Both the position numbers and the translations under genes were made by a program. Under the pieces are notes generated by a model. The model made no database searches, was not told where the DNA came from, and saw only the letters and a program-made list of their open reading frames with translations. Positions 34,095 through 40,069 of a stretch of DNA of 40,069 bases are shown one piece after another (position 1 is the stretch's first letter; every line of letters begins with the position of its first letter). Source of the stretch: Planctomycetota bacterium (GTDB lineage Bacteria > Planctomycetota > SZUA-567 > H5-PLA8); contig JBBRPR010000072.1 of the NCBI GenBank assembly GCA_038227875.1, positions 1-40,069 of the forward strand, written 5' to 3'.

Positions 34095-35591
34095 ATGCAG
34101 AAAATTTTGATCATCGACGACGACGAAGGCGTCTGCTACTCCCTGGCGCGGCTGCTCTCCAACGACGAGCGGCGGGTCACGGCCGTGCAGACTCCCGATG
34201 CCGGATTTGAAGCCATGCGCGGCGAGGACCCCGATCTGGTGCTCCTCGACGTGAAGATCCCCGGCTCCGACGGCCTGGAACTGCTCCGCAACATCCGCAA
34301 GCAGCGTCCCCGTCAATTGGTCGTGATGATGACCGCCCACGGCACCACTGAAACCGCCATCGAAGCCACCAAGCGCGGCGCGTTCGATTACCTCATGAAG
34401 CCCTTCGATTCCGAAACACTGCTGGGCGTTGTCGACCGCGCCTTGACCACCGCGCGCTTGAACAAGCGCGTCGGCGGAGCCGTCGAAGAGTTGATTGAAC
34501 GCAAGACCAACGGCGCCGACAAGGCCCTGGCCTTCACCGACCGCATCATCGGCAAATCCAACGCGATGCAGGACGTCTACAAGCGCATCGGCCAGGTCGC
34601 GCCGAGAGAAGTTCCCGTGCTCATCCGCGGCGAATCGGGCACCGGCAAGGAACTGGTCGCTCGCGCGCTCTGGCAGCATTCGCAGCGCTCGTCGGGACCG
34701 TTCCTCGCCGTGAACTGCGCCGCGATTCCGGAAAACCTGCTCGAAGGTGAACTCTTCGGCCACGAAAAAGGCTCATTCACCGGCGCGGAAAGTCGCAAGC
34801 TCGGCAAATTCGAACAGGCCGACGAAGGCACGCTCTTCCTCGACGAAGTCGGCGACATGAGCATCGCGACGCAGGCGAAGATCCTGCGCGTGCTCCAGAA
34901 CAGCACTTTCGAACGCGTCGGCGGCACGGAGACGATCAAGGTCAACGTCAGGATCCTCGCCGCGACCCATCAGAATCTCGAGAAGCTGATCAAGGAAGGC
35001 AAGTTCCGCGAAGACTTGTACTACCGTCTCCGCGTCGTGGAAATTGTCCTGCCCCCGCTGCGCGACCGCCGGGAGGACATCCCCGAAATCGTCAAGTACC
35101 TCCTGCTGCGCCACCGCGAAGCGCTCTCCAGCGAAGCGACCAGCGTCTCGCAGAAGGCGACCGATACGTTGCTGGCCTACGATTGGCCCGGCAACATCCG
35201 GCAACTTGAAAACGTGATCCGCCGCGCGATGGTGCTCTGCCACGGCAGCATCATCAACACCGACAATCTCGACTTCGGCCCCGAGGCACGCCCATCGCCG
35301 TACAACACGCCCTCGGTCACCGCGCAATCCGCGCCAGCCTCCGTGGTCACCGCCGCCGCTGCCGCGCCGGTCTCGCCGACGCTCAACGACATGGACGACC
35401 TGATCGAGCGCTTGCTCTCCAGCGGCAAGGCGTGCTTGATCGAAGACATGGAACGCCTGCTGATCGGCCGCGCTCTGGAGAAGCTCAACGGCAACCAGCT
35501 GCAGACCGCCAAGCTGCTGGGCATCACCCGCAACACGCTCCGCAGCCGCATCGAGAAGTACGGCCTGCGCCCGAAAGTGAAAGTGATGTAA
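34095..35591 (+). CDS. Sigma54-dependent response regulator (NtrC family: REC-AAA+-Fis HTH)
   Basis: IIDDD/LLDVKIP/KPF receiver; GESGTGKE, FGHEKGSFTGA, FLDEVGD, WPGNIRQLEN, TAKLLGITRNTLRSRI. Confidence 0.96.
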   Translation: MQKILIIDDDEGVCYSLARLLSNDERRVTAVQTPDAGFEAMRGEDPDLVLLDVKIPGSDGLELLRNIRKQRPRQLVVMMTAHGTTETAIEATKRGAFDYLMKPFDSETLLGVVDRALTTARLNKRVGGAVEELIERKTNGADKALAFTDRIIGKSNAMQDVYKRIGQVAPREVPVLIRGESGTGKELVARALWQHSQRSSGPFLAVNCAAIPENLLEGELFGHEKGSFTGAESRKLGKFEQADEGTLFLDEVGDMSIATQAKILRVLQNSTFERVGGTETIKVNVRILAATHQNLEKLIKEGKFREDLYYRLRVVEIVLPPLRDRREDIPEIVKYLLLRHREALSSEATSVSQKATDTLLAYDWPGNIRQLENVIRRAMVLCHGSIINTDNLDFGPEARPSPYNTPSVTAQSAPASVVTAAAAAPVSPTLNDMDDLIERLLSSGKACLIEDMERLLIGRALEKLNGNQLQTAKLLGITRNTLRSRIEKYGLRPKVKVM

Positions 35592-35633
35592 GCCAAAGTC
35601 GGGACCGGAATCTTGGGCCGGAACACGACGAAG

Positions 35634-35668
35634 CGAGGAGCAACCGATCAAGGTTGCTCCTCGTTTTT
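35634..35668 (+). terminator. Intrinsic terminator
   Basis: CGAGGAGCAACC-GATCAA-GGTTGCTCCTCG followed by a T run. Confidence 0.85.
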
Positions 35669-35990
35669 ATTGGCGACGACGGCGACACCGCATCGCTCAA
35701 GGCAAAAAGTTGTACGACAGACCCGCGATTGGTGGCCCGGCCCCTCGGGCTGGGTTGCCTTTGCAACAAGAAGCTTGTCCTGAGCTTGCCGAAGGGCTCC
35801 AGGACAGATTCTCACACCTCAAAATATGTAGGACTTCGAATCATATTGCCTGGCCTTTGGAAAATGCCGCTTTCATTAAATTGAATGGGGAAGTTGAGCA
35901 GCCTTGCGAAGGTTGCAACTCGCAGGGTGAATTGGACGCGTGCTTGGAAATAAAATCCTAGTCGTGTTGCGTTCCGCGCGTCTACCGCCT

Positions 35991-36709
35991 TGGACCCCAA
36001 AGGGGTCCGTTTATGTCAGCGAAGGGCGAAGCTGAGTTGACGCGCATGCGGCAACTCGGCGCCGCCCTGGAAGAAGTTCGATGATGTGTCAGTTGTCCTG
36101 TAAGGACAATTTAGACGGGTCTCAATCCCAAACGTATCGTTCGTCGTAATCGATCCCATGTTTGCGGAACAAACCGCGCAATTCGTTTCTAAACGTCGTA
36201 CCGTCGTCATGAAGCTTCTGTTCGCGAATGTACTTCTCGACAATTTTAAACTGCGATTCGCTAACCGAGAACGCACCATAACCCGATTGCCAGAAAAACC
36301 GGCGATAGGGAATGCCTTTTGTCTTGATCCATTTTGAAGACTCGCCTTTCACCTTTTTGATTACCTCGGACAATGATTTCGTTCGGGACAATGAGACCAA
36401 AGCGTGGACATGATCGGGACGACCGCCGATGATCGCGGCGGGCGAATCGAGATCTCGATAAATTGTTGCCATGTACGCGTGAAGTTGGTTCTCGATGGGT
36501 TTGTCGATGAGTGGAGTGCGGTCTTTGGTGCTGAAAACAATATGAACAAGGATCTTGGCGAGCGATTGTGGCATCTTCGCAGCTCCTAAGTTGTCCTTTC
36601 AGGACAATATGTCGACCATGCCGATTTTTCCAGGGCGGCGGAGCATTGCCGCATTCGCGTCAATCCTCCTTCGCCCTTCGCTGACATAAACGGACCCCGT
36701 TGGGGTCCA
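35991..36709. mobile_element. IS200/IS605-like (REP-associated?) element: Y1 transposase within nested inverted repeats
   Basis: About 82-bp imperfect outer IRs (35991-36072 / 36628-36709) capped by GGACCCC-NNN-GGGGTCC hairpins; inner inverted hairpins TTGTCCT-NNN-AGGACAA (36093-36109 / 36591-36607). Confidence 0.85.
36122..36574 (-). CDS. tnpA: IS200/IS605 family Y1 HUH transposase
   Basis: HIVFSTKDR, DHVHAL (HUH), VKGESSKW, FWQSGYGAFSVS, YIREQ (catalytic Tyr), YDERYVWD; AGGAG RBS. Confidence 0.95.
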   Translation of the reverse strand: MPQSLAKILVHIVFSTKDRTPLIDKPIENQLHAYMATIYRDLDSPAAIIGGRPDHVHALVSLSRTKSLSEVIKKVKGESSKWIKTKGIPYRRFFWQSGYGAFSVSESQFKIVEKYIREQKLHDDGTTFRNELRGLFRKHGIDYDERYVWD

Positions 36710-36871
36710 GAGCGGCGACGCGTGCGCCACGGCGTTATCAAGATGGTTGTATTTGCCCTAGGGAATTCTTTGCGGCGTAACCGCCATTGAAATGACGGGT
36801 CCATGTTGCTCTGTTCACACACAACGCATAAACTCATTCCCGCATCAATATTTTTTCCCCGCTGCGATGGA

Positions 36872-38341
36872 ATGCCTATGGGCGACGTAGAACCAAATAC
36901 CGCCGACGTGCCATCACCGTCGCCCAAATCCGAACCCCTCAAATACGAGCCGGTGAACCAATGGACGGCTCAAGGTATTGGCATCGTGTTTGGCATTGGC
37001 GTCACCGTGATCGTCATGTATCTGATGCGTTTCGTCCCCAAATCGGCACTGTGGATTTTCCCGCTGCTTGCCGTGGTGTTGGTCGGCTGGGGACTGCTCC
37101 GCAAATTCAAAGGCTCGCTTCTGGACGCGCAGAGCCGCCTGATTGAATGGCTCGCGGCCATCGGCTTTATGGGCTTGCTGATGGCGCTGGGCAAAGAGTT
37201 ACTGCGGAGATCCTTCGCGGGCGATAACACGGATCTGATGATCGTGATCGCCGTGGGTGCGTTTGTGTGGTCGTTCTGCGGCGCGGCGTGGGGCTGGCAT
37301 CTGGCCAAACGCATGAAGCAGAACGACGGTCGCAAACGATTCGGGTACATCCTGAAGGCGTGGCTTGCTGTGCCGGGAGTGGTAGGCGCGATTGCCGCCC
37401 CCGCGTTCATGCTCAGCTGCATGTTTGCCGGACCCGGCGAAGACGTGCTCTTTGCCCTGATGGGCGGGGCCGTCTCCGTGGCAATGGTGATCCCCGCCTG
37501 GCGCCTGAACAAGGCCGCGCCCCTGCTCACCTCGCAGCGAGCGCTCGGCGGAGCGTTTAAACCGGCGATTGTCGATACGTACGCGCCCTGCAAATTTGGA
37601 CCGGTGTCGTTGAACTTTGCGACGGTGTTGCTGAATCTCAGCGGCTTCAATCTCGTGCTGTTGCCAGTTCTGGTGTGGAGGATTTTAAAGCAGCCCAAGT
37701 CGCCAGTGACAGTTGACGACCTGCCGCTCGACGATTTTCCCGCGCCGGTCGTCGAGTTCTTTCACGAATATCACGAAACGCTCCGCGAAGCCGGGTTTGA
37801 GCGCAAACATTATCTGCGCCTGCGCGGCGGCGGAAAAAACCTCGTCAACTTCATGGTTTATTACCTTCACCGGGAGAAAGGCCAGGTCGGCTTTCTCACC
37901 ACCACCTATATTCTCACGCATACGGGCGGTCATCCCTATCGCTGCGCGCTCGATCTCAGCAGCAAGTTCGGCGACGATCGCGTCGTCATCACCACCAACT
38001 CCTGCGACCTGGGCTTTCCCATTCGCAATCCGCACCGCGACCTGATGAAGTTTCCCGAAGTCATGGACGTGGCGCTGCTCCACCGCATTCACGACGCGCG
38101 GTTGAAGAAGCTTGGCTTGTCCATGCCCGGCCTACTGCCCGAACCCGGACAGGAGTTGCCGGAATTGGTGCGGGGCACGCAGAAGCTTTCGGACTTCGAA
38201 TACCAGGAGATCATGCCGCTGGCGAAGACGCTTGTCGGCGTATGGAGCATCGTCTGGCCGGCGGGACCGGTGCGGAATTACCGGATCCGCAAGCAGGCGC
38301 GCGCCGAGATGCTGGCGCTGGGGTTGGGTGAGCCGCGTTAG
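36872..38341 (+). CDS. Hypothetical multi-pass membrane protein with soluble C-terminal domain
   Basis: About 7 hydrophobic segments followed by a polar alpha/beta region; typical GC3-rich codons. Start is ATG 36872 or 36878. Confidence 0.75.
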   Translation: MPMGDVEPNTADVPSPSPKSEPLKYEPVNQWTAQGIGIVFGIGVTVIVMYLMRFVPKSALWIFPLLAVVLVGWGLLRKFKGSLLDAQSRLIEWLAAIGFMGLLMALGKELLRRSFAGDNTDLMIVIAVGAFVWSFCGAAWGWHLAKRMKQNDGRKRFGYILKAWLAVPGVVGAIAAPAFMLSCMFAGPGEDVLFALMGGAVSVAMVIPAWRLNKAAPLLTSQRALGGAFKPAIVDTYAPCKFGPVSLNFATVLLNLSGFNLVLLPVLVWRILKQPKSPVTVDDLPLDDFPAPVVEFFHEYHETLREAGFERKHYLRLRGGGKNLVNFMVYYLHREKGQVGFLTTTYILTHTGGHPYRCALDLSSKFGDDRVVITTNSCDLGFPIRNPHRDLMKFPEVMDVALLHRIHDARLKKLGLSMPGLLPEPGQELPELVRGTQKLSDFEYQEIMPLAKTLVGVWSIVWPAGPVRNYRIRKQARAEMLALGLGEPR

Positions 38342-38444
38342 CCGCGGTCGCCGGATTTTGGGAGTGGACAAAATGAAAGCGCGGTTAGGTTTCCGCTTTG
38401 TTTATTGGTTTTCCAACGATCGCTCAGAGGAAGGCGGCTCAGGT

Positions 38445-38918
38445 ATGTCACTGGTTTCGGCACTTTTGATCGCGTTGTTCGCGAGTATTGCGCTCTCCAC
38501 TTTTGGCGCGGAAAGCAGTCCGCCACCGCCGCCGGCTCCCATTGAAGATTCCATCTGGATCAAAGCTCCGCCCGCGCGCGTCTTCAAAGCGCTGACCGAT
38601 GCCGATGAACTGTCGCATTGGTGGCCCAAGGCCGCGGAGACGGAACCGAAAAAGGACGGCAAGATTGTGCTGACCTGGTTCAACGACGGAAAAATGTCGA
38701 GCACATTCGAGACCTTCGTGACGGATAAGGAAGTCTCATTCCCGTTCTATACAGAGAAGGTTACTTTTACGTTAACGGAGAAGAACAACGGCACGACATT
38801 CAGCGTGCGCCATCAGTGCGGCCCGGATACCGCGCTACACATCGCCGCCGCCTGGGGGCACCTCACGGTGTTCTTGAAATCCTGGGTGGAACACGGGATC
38901 GATCTGCACAAGGACTGA
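38445..38918 (+). CDS. Exported SRPBCC/AHSA1 (START-like) domain protein
   Basis: Signal peptide; I.IKAPPARVFKALTD.DELSHWW...GK..LTW; VTFTLTEKNNGT...RH; W...L.FLKSWVE. Confidence 0.85.
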   Translation: MSLVSALLIALFASIALSTFGAESSPPPPPAPIEDSIWIKAPPARVFKALTDADELSHWWPKAAETEPKKDGKIVLTWFNDGKMSSTFETFVTDKEVSFPFYTEKVTFTLTEKNNGTTFSVRHQCGPDTALHIAAAWGHLTVFLKSWVEHGIDLHKD

Positions 38919-39438
38919 GTGCGCGGTACTGCGCCGCTGTCATTTCTCCATGCTGCGCAAAATAGAGTCCCGCCGCGCAGAGCAGTTCACTGGTGTCGGC
39001 CAGGCGCTTGCACAGTATTCGCGACATGTTCAGACACAATCGCAGCGCCGTGGTGTTGTCGGCGGCGAGTTTATTCTTGAAGAGCAGCGCAGGAATGTAA
39101 CCGGCGATCACCTGCGTGCGCGCGCGGACGCGGGCCGTGCGCGCCATGCCGCTCAAGATGCCCACTTCGCCCAGGATGCTCGGCGCCGTCACTTCCGTCA
39201 GTTTGACCTTCCCGAATTTCGACGACTTCACGATGCTCACCGTGCCCGCGATCAGGATGAACAACCCCATCGCTTCGCGGCCTTCCTTTATCAGCGTCAT
39301 CCCCGGCTCGTAATCGCGCCGCTCGATCCAGACGAAAAGCTCATCGATCTGAGCCGACGTCATGTCTTTGAAGATGCCGAGCTTGACGACCCGGTCCTTG
39401 TTGATCGAAAGGTGTCTGGGAGATGATTTTGCCATCAT
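38863..39438 (-). CDS. Stand-alone cyclic-nucleotide-binding domain protein
   Basis: IFKDM...IDEL; YEPG..LIKEG....GLFILIAGTVSI; ILGEVGILSGMARTARVRA; RILCKRLADT. No Crp-type HTH seen. Confidence 0.85.
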   Translation of the reverse strand: MMAKSSPRHLSINKDRVVKLGIFKDMTSAQIDELFVWIERRDYEPGMTLIKEGREAMGLFILIAGTVSIVKSSKFGKVKLTEVTAPSILGEVGILSGMARTARVRARTQVIAGYIPALLFKNKLAADNTTALRLCLNMSRILCKRLADTSELLCAAGLYFAQHGEMTAAQYRALSPCADRSRVPPRISRTP

Positions 39439-39951
39439 ACCGAAAGCTCCACGCCCGAGGCGCAACTGGGTTGAGATAGAGACGTTCGAGAACGAGAGAC
39501 GGATCGCAATGGACATGCCGCTCAATCATTCGCGAGACACTTTGCCGCAAGGCGATGTATCCGATGGCCTTGCGGGCAAATTTGGTGAGGGGACGAGCGG
39601 CTCTAAAAAGTCGCCGCGTCGCCGTCTCGACGTTTAGGCGTCGGCGTTTCGACAGTGTTCGATGGCCGAACAGCTGCGATGAGGTCAGGCGGGGTCGAGC
39701 GGAGTCGGACGAACCGCGGAGCCAGGCCGATGCCCGATCCCATCGGTTCATCTCGCCCGCGAAAAAAATCTGGCTACTTTTCCCTTGCAGTCCGCCCTCA
39801 CATTAGGGTAATGTTACACCACCTGCGAACGTCCGTCCTTATCGCTGAAACGCGGTCCGGCGCTCGCCAACTTTCTCCCACACAACCCAGCACACCGATC
39901 AAAGCGCTCAGCGCCTTCGTGTCGCTCTGTGGGCAAAGAAAGGAAGTACCT

Positions 39952-40069
39952 ATGAAAACGCTCGAACCGATCCACGACCGTGCCATCGACCTGCTCGTCG
40001 CCGGACATCGCCAGTACGAAATCGCCGCAGAGCTGAAAATCAGCGACCGCACCCTCCGCCGTTGGATCA
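39952..40069 (+). CDS. Helix-turn-helix protein, 5' part only (runs off the window)
   Basis: AAGGAAG RBS, then MKTLEPIHDRAIDLLVAGHRQYEIAAELKISDRTLRRWI, a clear HTH pattern. Not in the ORF track because it is truncated. Confidence 0.75.
   Translation, partial: MKTLEPIHDRAIDLLVAGHRQYEIAAELKISDRTLRRWI

Noticed and set aside
34755..34790. GSFTGA instead of GAFTGA in the activator
   Set aside because: A commonly seen variant that keeps the key F and T; not evidence of a novel mechanism.
32437..35651. Long minus-strand ORFs opposite the two-component genes
   Set aside because: Antisense shadows of well-supported genes.
39555..39806. 83-aa Arg-rich ORF, or an SRP/other ncRNA in the right-hand gap
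   Set aside because: No RBS or protein-like composition, and no SRP GGAAGGAAGCAG or tRNA-like motifs seen.

Overview
This 40 kb window is GC-rich bacterial chromosome. The gene content and repeat style suggest Planctomycetota or another PVC lineage, which is an inference rather than a result. Housekeeping and metabolic genes are recG, a lone sucD, a heterodimeric ABC exporter, a FdhF/YdeP molybdoenzyme with fdhD, a MOSC protein, cobT-cobS, a pgsA-like gene and a GAF-GAF histidine kinase paired with an NtrC-type sigma54 activator. There are many exported hypothetical proteins and a co-oriented general-stress cluster (BON, a glycine-zipper stress protein, AraC, DUF3309, a lipoprotein, CsbD). 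An IS200-like Y1 transposase lies inside nested inverted repeats, and several unrelated gene-less inverted-repeat doublets occupy intergenic gaps. The most unusual items are: (i) a secreted protein with 12 repeats on a 23-aa period and about 29 Cys, followed by a DUF2092-like/TlpA thiol oxidoreductase and a putatively flavinylated protein with a Cys-less thioredoxin-like domain and a CPIC motif, together a candidate envelope disulfide/electron-transfer module; (ii) a multi-ubiquitin-like/DUF2934-like fusion in the stress cluster; (iii) a secreted rhodanese whose catalytic Cys is replaced by Asp; (iv) a sigma2-only ECF fragment coupled to a frameshifted membrane gene. I recognised no rRNA, tRNA or CRISPR array. 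All family calls come from motif recognition by eye, not database searches.
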